Positions 55,716 to 64,000 of a stretch of DNA of 64,000 nt are shown piece by piece. The position numbers were made by a program, and so were the translations under genes. This DNA is from Myxococcota bacterium (GTDB taxonomy: Bacteria > Myxococcota > B64-G9). The stretch lies in assembly GCA_035453905.1 (NCBI GenBank), contig DAOTDZ010000014.1:86452-150451 (forward strand). Reading direction: 5' to 3'. Numbering within the stretch: position 1 is the first letter of the stretch; each line of letters begins with the position of its first letter. The notes under the pieces are model-generated. The model ran no database searches. It saw only the letters and a list, made by a program, of their open reading frames with translations, and was not told the DNA's origin.

Positions 55716-56744
55716 ATGCGCTCGATCCTGCCTGCCATCGTGGTGACCTGCTCGTGCCTGGCCTGGTCCGCGGGGGGCTGCGGTGGCTCCGAGGACCCGC
55801 TGCCGTTGCCGGAGGTGGAGGTGACCCTGGCGAACCTGTGCGATGAGATGGCCGAGGTGAGCTGCTACAACATGTTCACCTGCTGCACCGGCGAGCAGAT
55901 CGAGGACGTCCTCGGCATCGCCATCTCGCTCGAGCCCGCGGACTGCCGCCGGGACATGGCGCTGCTCTGCCAGGAGCGCTTCGCCCCGATCCTGTGGGCG
56001 GCCCAGAAGGGCTCGGTGGGCGTCGACACCCTGGCGATCGGCGGGTGCCTGCAGTTGATGCTGGTGCGGGGCGCCTGCTTCGAGCACGTGAGCACCATTC
56101 CCTGGGAGGAGGCCTGCGAGGCGGACCAGGTGGTGGGCACGGTCCAGCCGGGCGGCGCCTGCGTGTACGGGTGGGAGTGCGCCAACGGCGGCTTCTGCGC
56201 TCCGGACGCCCGCTGCGTGGCCCTGCCGGGCCCGGGGCAGGAGTGCGACGACGTGTGCGCCGCGGGCCTGTTCTGCAACCGGCGGACCTACCGCTGCGAG
56301 AACCAGCTCGGCTCGGGCCAGGCCTGCAACGACTCCTCCTTCTGCCAGGCGGGCCTGTTCTGCAAGTTCGACGGCGAGGGCGCGGGCGCCTGCACCTCCC
56401 CGCGCGCCGTGGGGCAGCCCTGCGAGGGCGACCAGGACTGCGCCACCAGCTACTGCCAGCCGGGCGTGTGCGCCGGGAGCACCCTCGAGTGCTTCGAGAA
56501 CTCGGACTGCCCGGGCCAGTGCGTGGGCTCGGACTCATCCTGCTTCAGCGACTACGACTGCGGCAGCCGCTGCTCCATCTCGCACGACCCCTGCTACTCG
56601 GACTACGACTGCACCGAGGGCGGGTCGTGCGTGCCCGACACCTGCGACCAGCAGGGCTGCTCCGGGCAGCCGGTGTGCGCGGAGCGCTGGCTGATCCTGG
56701 ACTACTGCGAGGGCACCCTGGGGATGTTCCTGGGCGAGGACTGA
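55716..56744 (+). CDS. Cys-rich secreted lipoprotein, hypothetical
   Basis: GGGAGGAGACCC precedes the ATG. The signal is AIVVTCSCLAWSAGGCGG. The protein has about 50 cysteines in about 340 aa, in CxxGxFC-type spacing. Confidence 0.6.
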   Translation: MRSILPAIVVTCSCLAWSAGGCGGSEDPLPLPEVEVTLANLCDEMAEVSCYNMFTCCTGEQIEDVLGIAISLEPADCRRDMALLCQERFAPILWAAQKGSVGVDTLAIGGCLQLMLVRGACFEHVSTIPWEEACEADQVVGTVQPGGACVYGWECANGGFCAPDARCVALPGPGQECDDVCAAGLFCNRRTYRCENQLGSGQACNDSSFCQAGLFCKFDGEGAGACTSPRAVGQPCEGDQDCATSYCQPGVCAGSTLECFENSDCPGQCVGSDSSCFSDYDCGSRCSISHDPCYSDYDCTEGGSCVPDTCDQQGCSGQPVCAERWLILDYCEGTLGMFLGED

Positions 56745-56757
56745 GCGCGACGGCGGC

Positions 56758-58281
56758 TCAGTACTCGAACAACCTGAGCTCGGCCAGCTCCTGCGGGTCC
56801 TCGCTCGGGCCCAGCGGGGAGAAGGCCTGGCGGGTGCGGGCGCCCCGGTCGTTGTCGTAGACCACGAGATCGAAGGCGAACACCTCTCCGCTCGCGGGCG
56901 GCGCCTCGCTGTAGCCCAGCTCCGTCCAGGGGATGCGCGCCAGGAAGGTCCAGCCCTGGCCCTCGCGGCAGTCGTCCTCGGGGCGCTGGCCGGAGAGCTC
57001 GAAGCGGAAGTCGACCCCGACCGGCTGCCAGGCCCCGCCGCCCAGGGCGTCGAAGGCGGTGCTGCCCGACAGGTCGAACAGGGCGCGGCGGGACACGCGC
57101 TCCCCGCCCGCGCTCGCCCGGATCAGGGTCAACTCCACGGCGTCATCGCGCTGGATGGCCTGGCGATCGCCCTCGCCGCGCTGCTGGGCGCAGAAGGTCT
57201 CGTCGCGGCTGCTCACGGCCAGCCCCAGCGCCGTCGGATCCCACAGCGCGCGGACCTCGACCGCCTCCTGCCCGGGCGCCGGGCGCAGGGCCAGCGGCGC
57301 GGCGCCGCTGGAGAGGTAGGCCCCGGGCTCCTCGGCGAAGGCGGCGCTGTCCCGGGGGACCGCCCGGGCGTCGAGCAGGCGGGTCTTGCGGAACACCTCG
57401 CCGGCCAGGGCCGGGTCGTAGGCCGGCCCGCCGGCCCAGGCGCCGGGCCAGCGGGTGAGCGCCAGGGCGCCCTGGCCGTCCACCTGGCGGAGCTCCAGCC
57501 CGAGCCGCATGCGCCGGTTCGGCCCGGGCCCGTCGTTGGCCTCGAGCTGGTCGATCGGCACGGCGGCGAAGTAGCGCGCGCCGTCCTCCAGTGCGGTGAA
57601 GTCGTGCAGCACGCTCACCCCGAGCGGGTTCCACAGCTCCTGGTAGCGCTCGGGGCCCAGGGCCAGGACCAGATCGTCTGCGCCGCGCTCGTCCTCCAGG
57701 CTGTCGGCCAGCCCGTCGAGCGCCACCACCAGCGCGTCGCCGGTCCACAGATCCTCGCCGTGCGTGGCGCCGGCCCCCCGCAGGCGGACGTCGAGGAACA
57801 GGTGGCGCCGGTTGGCGGCCAGGCTGACCTCGGCCGGCCCGAGCCGGAGGCTCCACGGCAGCCCCTCGGGCTCGAGTCCGGCCGCGGGATCCGCCAGGGC
57901 GGGACCGGCGTGGACCACGGCGGCCTCCACCCGCGTGAGGAACAGGCTCGCCAGCAGGGGGCCTTCGCCCTCGCGCAGCTCGGGGCTGAAGGCCCAGGCC
58001 CGGGGCTGGCCCTGCGCGGTGAGCCCGAGCAGCTCGAGGCGGAAGGGGCCGGCGGGGTGGATCGGCCCCAGGCGCGTGCTGCCACCGCCGCCCGGCGCGC
58101 GGAGCCCGGGCTCGACGGCGCCGTCCGGCGTGACCAGGCCGAGCGACAGCTCCGTCCAGCCGTCCATGGCGCCCTCGCCCACCGGCACCAGGTTGACGAA
58201 CAGCTCGTCCGCCGCCTGGCTGGCGCAGCCGGCGAGCCACGCCGCGGACAGGCCGAGCAGGGCGGTCAGGCGCAGGCGCAT
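56758..58281 (-). CDS. Hypothetical lipoprotein (possible carbohydrate-binding/DOMON-like C-terminal half)
   Basis: The lipobox is AAWLAGCAS. The C-terminal EVFAFDLVVYDND resembles CBM9/DOMON-like folds. This is a tentative call. Confidence 0.55.
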   Translation of the reverse strand: MRLRLTALLGLSAAWLAGCASQAADELFVNLVPVGEGAMDGWTELSLGLVTPDGAVEPGLRAPGGGGSTRLGPIHPAGPFRLELLGLTAQGQPRAWAFSPELREGEGPLLASLFLTRVEAAVVHAGPALADPAAGLEPEGLPWSLRLGPAEVSLAANRRHLFLDVRLRGAGATHGEDLWTGDALVVALDGLADSLEDERGADDLVLALGPERYQELWNPLGVSVLHDFTALEDGARYFAAVPIDQLEANDGPGPNRRMRLGLELRQVDGQGALALTRWPGAWAGGPAYDPALAGEVFRKTRLLDARAVPRDSAAFAEEPGAYLSSGAAPLALRPAPGQEAVEVRALWDPTALGLAVSSRDETFCAQQRGEGDRQAIQRDDAVELTLIRASAGGERVSRRALFDLSGSTAFDALGGGAWQPVGVDFRFELSGQRPEDDCREGQGWTFLARIPWTELGYSEAPPASGEVFAFDLVVYDNDRGARTRQAFSPLGPSEDPQELAELRLFEY

Positions 58282-58286
58282 GCCCT

Positions 58287-59651
58287 TCAGCGGCCCTCCA
58301 GGCCGTGCTTCTTCAGCAGATCCTTGAGGTGGTGCCGATCGAGCCGGGCCTCGCGGGCGGCGGCCGACAGGTTGCCGCGGTGGCGGGCCAGGAGATCGAG
58401 CAGGTAGGCGCGCTCGAAGGCGTCCACCACCCGCCCCTTGGCGTCCTTGAAGGCGGCGCCCCCCTGGCGGGCCGTGCCCTCCCCGATGGCGCGCTCGAGC
58501 TCGGCCACGAAGGCGCGCGGCTCGAACGGGCGGCCGCTGGCGGCGCCGAGCAGCGCCGCCGCGCGATCGACCGCGTTGCGCAGCTCACGGATGTTCCCCG
58601 GCCAGGGGTAGGCCTGCAGCGCGGTCAGCGCCCCGGCCGGCAGCGCCTCGGCCCGCCAGCCCTCGCGCTCGCCAGCCGCCCGGACCAGGAAGTGCGCCAG
58701 GAGCTGGGGCAGATCCTCGCTCCGCTCGCGCAGCGGGGGCAGGCGCAGGGACACCACCGCCAGGCGGTAGAACAGGTCCTCACGGAAGCGCCCCTCGGCC
58801 ACCTCGCGGCGCAGCTCGCGGTGGGTGGCCGCGATCAGCCGGACGTCCACCTCCACGGGGCGATCCGCGCCAACCGGCCGGATCTGCTTGCGCTCCAGCG
58901 CCCGCAGCAGCTTGGGCTGCAGCTCGGCCGCGAGCTCACCGACCTCGTCGAGCAGCAGGGTGCCGCCGCGGGCCTGCTCGAAGCAGCCCGCCCGGTCGGC
59001 CTGGGCGCCGGTGAAGGCCCCCTTGCGGTGGCCGAACAGCTCGCTCTCTGCGAGATCGCGGGGGATGGCGGTGCAGTCCAACACCACGAAGGGGGCGTCC
59101 CGGCGGGGGCTGGCCCGGTGGATGGCCTCGGCCAGCGCCTCCTTGCCGGTGCCCGTCTCGCCCTCCAGCAGCACGGTGACCTCGCTGCCGGCCACCTCCG
59201 CGGCGGTGGCGAAGATCTCGCGCATGCGGCGGCTCTGCCCGAGCACCCCGTGGAAGCTGGACGCCTCGAGGGGCGCCGGGCGCAGCCCGCGCTCCTCCGG
59301 CACGATCTTGAGCGCGGTCTGCCCGAGCCGCACCAGCGCGCCCGGGGCCAGCACCAGCTCCCGCACCCTCGAGCCCTCGTAGAAGGTGCCGTTGGTGCTG
59401 CCCGGGTCCTGGAGCCACACCCCTCCGGGCGCCAGCTTGGCCAGCAGGTGGCGACGGGAGACCGTCCCGTCGACCAGCACCAGCTCGCAGGCGGGATCGG
59501 TGCCGATCTGGATGGGCTCGGGCCCCACGGCGCAGGCCCGGCCCGCGTCCGGTCCCTCGACCACCAGCAGGCGCAGCGCGCCCAGGTCGCGGCGCACGTC
59601 CTCGCTCGGCCCGGCTAGCAGGCTGGTGGTCCTGGAGTCGTCCTGGCTCAT
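58287..59651 (-). CDS. Sigma-54-dependent transcriptional activator with an N-terminal FHA domain
   Basis: The FHA domain reads IQIGTDPACELVLVDGTVSRRHLLAKLAPGGVWLQDPGSTNGTF. The AAA+ module has GETGTGKE, the GAFTGA loop and WPGNIREL. A C-terminal Fis-type HTH is present. Confidence 0.9.
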   Translation of the reverse strand: MSQDDSRTTSLLAGPSEDVRRDLGALRLLVVEGPDAGRACAVGPEPIQIGTDPACELVLVDGTVSRRHLLAKLAPGGVWLQDPGSTNGTFYEGSRVRELVLAPGALVRLGQTALKIVPEERGLRPAPLEASSFHGVLGQSRRMREIFATAAEVAGSEVTVLLEGETGTGKEALAEAIHRASPRRDAPFVVLDCTAIPRDLAESELFGHRKGAFTGAQADRAGCFEQARGGTLLLDEVGELAAELQPKLLRALERKQIRPVGADRPVEVDVRLIAATHRELRREVAEGRFREDLFYRLAVVSLRLPPLRERSEDLPQLLAHFLVRAAGEREGWRAEALPAGALTALQAYPWPGNIRELRNAVDRAAALLGAASGRPFEPRAFVAELERAIGEGTARQGGAAFKDAKGRVVDAFERAYLLDLLARHRGNLSAAAREARLDRHHLKDLLKKHGLEGR

Positions 59652-59751
59652 GCGGCGCCATTCTACCCGCCGCGAGCCGGCCTGGGAAGCTTCAACCGGG
59701 CGCTTCCGCCGGGCGCCCCCTTGCTGGTAGACTCCCGCCCGGAGAGCTTCC

Positions 59752-60660
59752 TTGAGGTGGACGAAGCACAGCGCGCGGGCGGCGGTCCTCCTGGGCCTGG
59801 CCTTGCTCGCCGGGGCCGCGGCGCCCGGGCGGGCGGACGGGCTCGACCAGGCCGCCGCGGACGCCGCCGCCCTGGAGACCCGCCGGTTCGTGGCCGAGGC
59901 CCGCGAGCGCTACCGCGCCTTCGAGCTGCCGGCCGCGCTCGAGCGGCTGGAGGCGGCGCGCGCCCGCTGGGCCCAGGCCTGCCCGGCCCTGGACGAGGAG
60001 CTCGCCAGCGCGCCCTTCCTGCTCGAGGGGCAGGTGCGCTTCGCCGCGGGCGAGCGCGCCCGGGCGCTGGAGGCCTTCGGCCAGGCGGTGGCCGTGAGCC
60101 CCGCGCTCGCGCCCGATCCGCGCGAGTGGTCGCCCAAGCTGGTGGCGGCCTTCGCCGAGGCGCGCGCGGGCCGGGAGGCGCTGCCCCAGGCCCGGCTCTC
60201 GCCGCTTCGGCTCTCGCCCGCTGGTGCGGAGCTCGCGCTGGACGGCCGCGCGCTGGGCGCGCCGCCGGGCCCGCTGTCGCTCCCGCCGGGCGACCACTGC
60301 CTGGTCGCGCGCGCCCCCGGCCACCGGCCGGGCGCGCTGGTGCTGCGCCTGGCGCCGGGGGAGGAGCGCGCCGTGGAGCTCGCGCTCGTGGCCGAGGCCG
60401 GGCCGGAGCCTGTGGCGCTGCCCGCCGCCGCGCCCGAGCCGGCGCCCGGGGCCGCCCTGCCGGCCCTGGAGCCGCGCGCGTTGGTCGCGCCCGAGCCGGC
60501 GCCCGCGCCGGTGGAGACCGTCTGGTACGAACGCTGGTGGGTCTGGACGCTGGTCGGCGCCGCCGTGCTGGGCGGCGCGGCCACGGCCCTGGGCGTGCTG
60601 CTCGCCCCCGGCGAGGGCGATCCCGGGCTGCAGGTGGTCATCACCCGCCCGCCGAGGTAG
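59752..60660 (+). CDS. Secreted PEGA-domain protein with a C-terminal TM helix
   Basis: TTG start. The signal is AAVLLGLALLAGAAAPGRA. The PEGA-like beta domain is LRLSPAGAELALDGRALGAPPGPLSLPPGDHCLVARAPG. The TM helix is WWVWTLVGAAVLGGAATALGVLLA. Confidence 0.5.
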   Translation: MRWTKHSARAAVLLGLALLAGAAAPGRADGLDQAAADAAALETRRFVAEARERYRAFELPAALERLEAARARWAQACPALDEELASAPFLLEGQVRFAAGERARALEAFGQAVAVSPALAPDPREWSPKLVAAFAEARAGREALPQARLSPLRLSPAGAELALDGRALGAPPGPLSLPPGDHCLVARAPGHRPGALVLRLAPGEERAVELALVAEAGPEPVALPAAAPEPAPGAALPALEPRALVAPEPAPAPVETVWYERWWVWTLVGAAVLGGAATALGVLLAPGEGDPGLQVVITRPPR

Positions 60661-60663
60661 GCC

Positions 60664-62220
60664 GTGCCGGGCTGCTACAGGCTCATCGGCCGCATCGGGG
60701 CCGGAGGGATGGCCGAGGTCTTCGAGGGGCTGGCCCTGGGGGAGGCCGGCTTCGAGAAGCGGGTGGCCATCAAGCGCATCCTGCCCTCGCTGGCGCGGGA
60801 TCCGGCCCTCACCGGCTTGCTGGTCGAGGAGGCCCGGGTCGCCAGCCGGCTGGCCCACGGCAACCTGGTGCAGGTCCTCGACCTGGGCCGCGCCGGGGGT
60901 GACTACTACCTGGTGATGGAGCTCGTGGACGGGGCGGATCTGGCCAGCCTGCAGCGGCACCTGCCCGGGCTCGGCCTCGAGCTCCCACCCGGCCTGGCGG
61001 TGTGGATCTGCCGGCAGGTGCTGGCGGGCCTGCACTTCGTGCACCAGCTCGGCGACGCGGACGGCCAGCCGCTGCACCTGGTGCACCGCGACGTCAGCCC
61101 GGGCAACATCCTGGTCTCGCGCGCCGGCCAGGTGAAGCTGACCGACTTCGGCATCGTGAAGGCCCGCGACCGGGCCATCCACACCGAGGCCGGCCTGATC
61201 CGGGGCAAGGCCGCCTACATGCCGCCCGAGCAGGCCGCCGGGGAGCCCCTCGATCAGCGCGCGGATCTCTTCTCCCTGGGCGTGGTGCTGCACGAGCTGC
61301 TGGTCGGGCGAGCGCTCTTCGCCGGGGACTCGCCGGCGGCGGTGCTGCGGCGGGTGGTGTCCCTCGAGCGCGAGCCCGCCCCGGCGCCCTCCAGCCTGCG
61401 GCCCGGGCTGCCCGCGACGCTGGACGCGGTGGTCGGGTGCGCGCTGGCACCCTGCCCCGCGGGGCGCTACCCCAGCGCCCGGGCGTTCGACGAGGCGCTG
61501 GAGGCGGCCGCCCTGGAGGCCGGCCTGCGCGGCTCGGCCGCGGAGCTCGAGGACTGGCTGGCGCGCGCCATGCCGCCCGCCCGGCTCGAGCCGCTGCCGG
61601 CGGGCGCGGGCTGCATCGAGCTCGGGCCCGCGTCCGCCGCGCCGGTCGGGACCCTCCCGCTCGCCCGGGCGGTCGCGCCCATCTCCGCCCCCGGGCGCGC
61701 CGGCGGGCGAGGGGCCTGGCTCGGGCTCGGGGTGGTGCTGCTCGCGGGCGCGGCCGCCGTGGGCTGGAGGTTCCTGTCCCCGGAGGAGGGCGCGCCCGTG
61801 GCGCGGCCCGGCGCCGTGGCTGCCCCCGCGGCGCCCCCGACCTCCCCCGACCGCGGAGCCGATCTGGCGGCGCCCGGCCTGCGCCAGGGGCGAGGCTGCC
61901 TGCACGCCTGCGCGGGCGCGCAGCCCGCCCCGGTCCGGCCCGGGGCCAAGCCCGGGCGGCCGGCGCCTGGCCCGGTGACGCCCGCGGGGGAGGGCACCCT
62001 GTTCCTCAACTCCGAGCCGTGGGCGCGCATCCTGGTGGACGGCCGGGACACGGGCGCCACCACGCCCACGGTCGAGGGGCTGCGCCTGCGGGCCGGCCGC
62101 CACTCCATCACCCTCGTCAACCCGGAGCTGGAGCTGCGCCTGGACGCCGAGGTCGAGCTCGACCGGGACGAGGTCCTCAAGCGCTTCTTCGATCTGCGCA
62201 GGGATGGCCAGCAGCGCTGA
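60664..62220 (+). CDS. Ser/Thr protein kinase with a TM segment and a C-terminal PEGA domain
   Basis: GTG start is 4 nt after the previous stop. Kinase motifs are GAGGMAEVF, VAIKRI, HRDVSPGNIL, DFG and PPEQ. The PEGA domain is TLFLNSEPWARILVDGRDTGATTPTVEGLRLRAGRHSITLVNPE. Confidence 0.85.
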   Translation: MPGCYRLIGRIGAGGMAEVFEGLALGEAGFEKRVAIKRILPSLARDPALTGLLVEEARVASRLAHGNLVQVLDLGRAGGDYYLVMELVDGADLASLQRHLPGLGLELPPGLAVWICRQVLAGLHFVHQLGDADGQPLHLVHRDVSPGNILVSRAGQVKLTDFGIVKARDRAIHTEAGLIRGKAAYMPPEQAAGEPLDQRADLFSLGVVLHELLVGRALFAGDSPAAVLRRVVSLEREPAPAPSSLRPGLPATLDAVVGCALAPCPAGRYPSARAFDEALEAAALEAGLRGSAAELEDWLARAMPPARLEPLPAGAGCIELGPASAAPVGTLPLARAVAPISAPGRAGGRGAWLGLGVVLLAGAAAVGWRFLSPEEGAPVARPGAVAAPAAPPTSPDRGADLAAPGLRQGRGCLHACAGAQPAPVRPGAKPGRPAPGPVTPAGEGTLFLNSEPWARILVDGRDTGATTPTVEGLRLRAGRHSITLVNPELELRLDAEVELDRDEVLKRFFDLRRDGQQR

Positions 62221-62247
62221 GCCGGGCGGGCCTGGGTCGGGGGATCC

Positions 62248-63921
62248 TCAGTCGATGCCGTCGTCCATGAACAGGGTGCAGACCGAGCCGTCGGCCCGGG
62301 GGCAGGTGAAGTACATGGTGATGGAGGCCATGATCGGGTTGACCGTGCCGGTGCAGCCGCTGGCGGTGTAGATGGTCTCGTGATCGATGCAGCCGCCCGC
62401 GCCCAGCACGTCCGCCGCGACCTGCTCGAAGGCCAGGCTGCACCCGGTCTGCGCCACCGGGATCGGCAGCTCGGGCGGAGCCGTCCCGGCCAGGCAGTCG
62501 CCGCTCACCCAGTAGGAGCGGGCCACCTGCGGGCAGGACACCGCGTCGCAACCCTCGCTGCCCACGCAGTCCCCCGGGCAGTTGCAGCGGGTCTCGCCCT
62601 GGCCGCAGGTCCCGTCCCCGCAGCGGGCGCACACGAAGCAGGGGCAGTTGACGCCCATGCACGCCAGGGTCACGTCGTCCAGGACGGTGAAGGGGATGGG
62701 GGTCAGGCCGGCGCAGCACTTCCCCTCCGTGTCCGGGTCCTCGAACTGCCCGCCCTCGGCCACGCAGCCCGGCTCGACGCACAGGCCGGTCTGGGGGTCG
62801 CACTGGCCGTCGCCGCACACGCCGTCCATCAGGCAGGCCTGGAAGATGAAGCAAGAGGCGTCACAGCCCTCGCAGCCGCAGCCCTCGGCGCCGTACGGTC
62901 CCGGGCAGGTGCAGTCGCAGATGCCGGTGCAGGCGGCCGTGCACATGGGCGAGGCGTCGCAGGTGGCCGCGTCCGGGAGCCCGGAGCAGTTCGTGTTGCG
63001 GCAGTCCACCACGCACTGACCGTCCGCGGGCTGGCACACGAAGCCCTCGGCGCAGCCGGCCGGGGAGGCGTGGCACAGGCAGGGATCGGCGAACCACTCG
63101 ATGGGGTACCACCTGCCGTCCTGGCCGCAGCTGTAGCAGCCCGGCTCCTCGGCCAGGTGGTTGCCGCAGGCGCAGGGCTGGGTCTCCCCGGGCACGCACT
63201 CGGGCACCGGGCAGTCCGCCCCGCAGGTGCAGAAGTTCTCCTCGGGGCCGCACACGTCGTCCCCGCAGGGCAGGCACACGTAGCACAGGCAGTCGAACGA
63301 GTCGCAGGTGAGCTCGCCCTGGACCACCATGGGCATGCTGTCGGTCATCTTCTCCAGCCCCTCGCAGCAGCGCTGGGCGCCGTCGAAGTCCACGAAGCGG
63401 TCGCCGAGCCCGTGGCAGTCGCTCTGGCACTGGAGCTCCGGCGAGCCGACGCACTCCCAGCGCCCGTCCGCGCCGCAGGTGCACCAGGGCACGCTGGTGC
63501 CGTCCGCGCAGGCGTAAGGGCGCACACCCCCGGGCACGCACTCGCCGCAGTCTTCGGCGCAGATGCAGGGGTCCTCGCCCGCGCCGCAGATCCCGTCGCC
63601 GCAGGCCACGCACACGGTCACCAGGGCGTCGAAGGAGACGCAGCCCCCGCCAGCCGGATCGTAGGGGGTGTACTCGCGGGCGGCCAGGCCCTCGCAGCAG
63701 GGGGTCTGGGCCGGGGTGAGGTTCACCGCGCGCTCTCCGGCCTCGACGCAGTTCGGCTCGCACACGCAGTGCCCGGCCGCCTCGTCGCACACCGAGGGGC
63801 AGTGCTGGATGGTCATGCACGGCTCGTCCGTCTGGCAGGGCACCTTGCACTCGCAGCGCCGCTCCGCGTTGCAGAAGGCCGGGCAGTTCAGCACCTGGCA
63901 GTCCTCGTCATCCGCGCACAT
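62248..63921 (-). CDS. Extremely Cys-rich secreted protein (about 16 % Cys), hypothetical; the N-terminus may extend beyond the listed start
   Basis: CxC/CxxC patterns are periodic (CGDGICG, CGDDVCG, CGDGTCG, CGDGQCD). No signal peptide is seen from the listed Met, so the true start may be upstream of 63921 or off the window. Confidence 0.45.
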   Translation of the reverse strand: MCADDEDCQVLNCPAFCNAERRCECKVPCQTDEPCMTIQHCPSVCDEAAGHCVCEPNCVEAGERAVNLTPAQTPCCEGLAAREYTPYDPAGGGCVSFDALVTVCVACGDGICGAGEDPCICAEDCGECVPGGVRPYACADGTSVPWCTCGADGRWECVGSPELQCQSDCHGLGDRFVDFDGAQRCCEGLEKMTDSMPMVVQGELTCDSFDCLCYVCLPCGDDVCGPEENFCTCGADCPVPECVPGETQPCACGNHLAEEPGCYSCGQDGRWYPIEWFADPCLCHASPAGCAEGFVCQPADGQCVVDCRNTNCSGLPDAATCDASPMCTAACTGICDCTCPGPYGAEGCGCEGCDASCFIFQACLMDGVCGDGQCDPQTGLCVEPGCVAEGGQFEDPDTEGKCCAGLTPIPFTVLDDVTLACMGVNCPCFVCARCGDGTCGQGETRCNCPGDCVGSEGCDAVSCPQVARSYWVSGDCLAGTAPPELPIPVAQTGCSLAFEQVAADVLGAGGCIDHETIYTASGCTGTVNPIMASITMYFTCPRADGSVCTLFMDDGID

Positions 63922-64000
63922 GTCGACGCAGTGGCACTGCTCGTCCGAGCCGCAGTAAGCCTGGCAGTTGAGCGCCTGGCAGTCCGCGGTTCCGCGGCAG

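Noticed and set aside
59652-59751. Possible sigma-54 promoter upstream of the PEGA gene (ccGGgcgcccccTTGCt)
   Set aside because: Only the GG and TTGC cores match. The -24 box (CGGGCG versus TGGCAC) is poor, so it is not called without a position-weight-matrix score.

Overview
This 64-kb window is very GC-rich (about 70 % or more) and looks like a Myxococcota chromosome segment. The evidence is MYXO-CTERM sorting tails, Myxococcus-type cysteine-rich repeats, PEGA domains, DUF4388, several Ser/Thr kinases and sigma-54 enhancer-binding proteins, and many lipoproteins. I call about 48 protein-coding genes and found no rRNA, tRNA, CRISPR array or obvious mobile element. Most of the very long ORFs in the six-frame track are GC-driven antisense or alternative-frame artefacts of the real genes, and I list them as rejected.

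Main content, in order:
- Housekeeping genes at the start: a truncated metallophosphoesterase lipoprotein, an NfeD-like protein, N-formylglutamate amidohydrolase, a GH31 glycosidase and a PlsC acyltransferase.
- A 2118-aa lipoprotein (7788-14141) with choice-of-anchor-D-like beta-sandwich repeats followed by about 16 tandem 48-aa Cys-rich repeats.
- The most interesting locus (14966-21942). A sigma-54 activator gene is followed by an AT-rich upstream activating region (UAS) and a textbook -24/-12 sigma-54 promoter. The promoter drives an operon of an unusual response regulator plus hdrC, hdrB and hdrA (heterodisulfide-reductase-like). The response regulator is a receiver domain fused to a glycine-cleavage-H / lipoate-binding (LbpA-like) domain with a candidate lipoyl-lysine.
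- Two MYXO-CTERM surface proteins with Cys-rich repeat stalks. One is an agmatine/peptidyl-arginine deiminase-family enzyme (22071-24719). The other is an M64 metallopeptidase (49401-51953) containing a near-identical 264-bp tandem duplication.
- A tandem pair of DUF2330 paralogs followed by a methyltransferase and an APH-like phosphotransferase.
- A glutamine-transaminase plus omega-amidase pair with an ATGA start/stop overlap.
- A DUF4388 gene divergent from a KefB-type CPA2 antiporter, and a trypsin-like protease.
- A second PlsC paralog next to an anomalous AT-rich island.
- Two Ser/Thr-kinase modules tied to PEGA-domain proteins. One is adjacent to a TonB-dependent receptor that carries N-terminal PEGA domains. 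The other sits beside a divergently transcribed FHA-domain sigma-54 activator.
- A TonB receptor gene followed by two orphan substrate-binding protein genes.
- A methyltransferase, NlpC/P60 peptidase, TPM-domain protein and several Cys-rich secreted lipoproteins.
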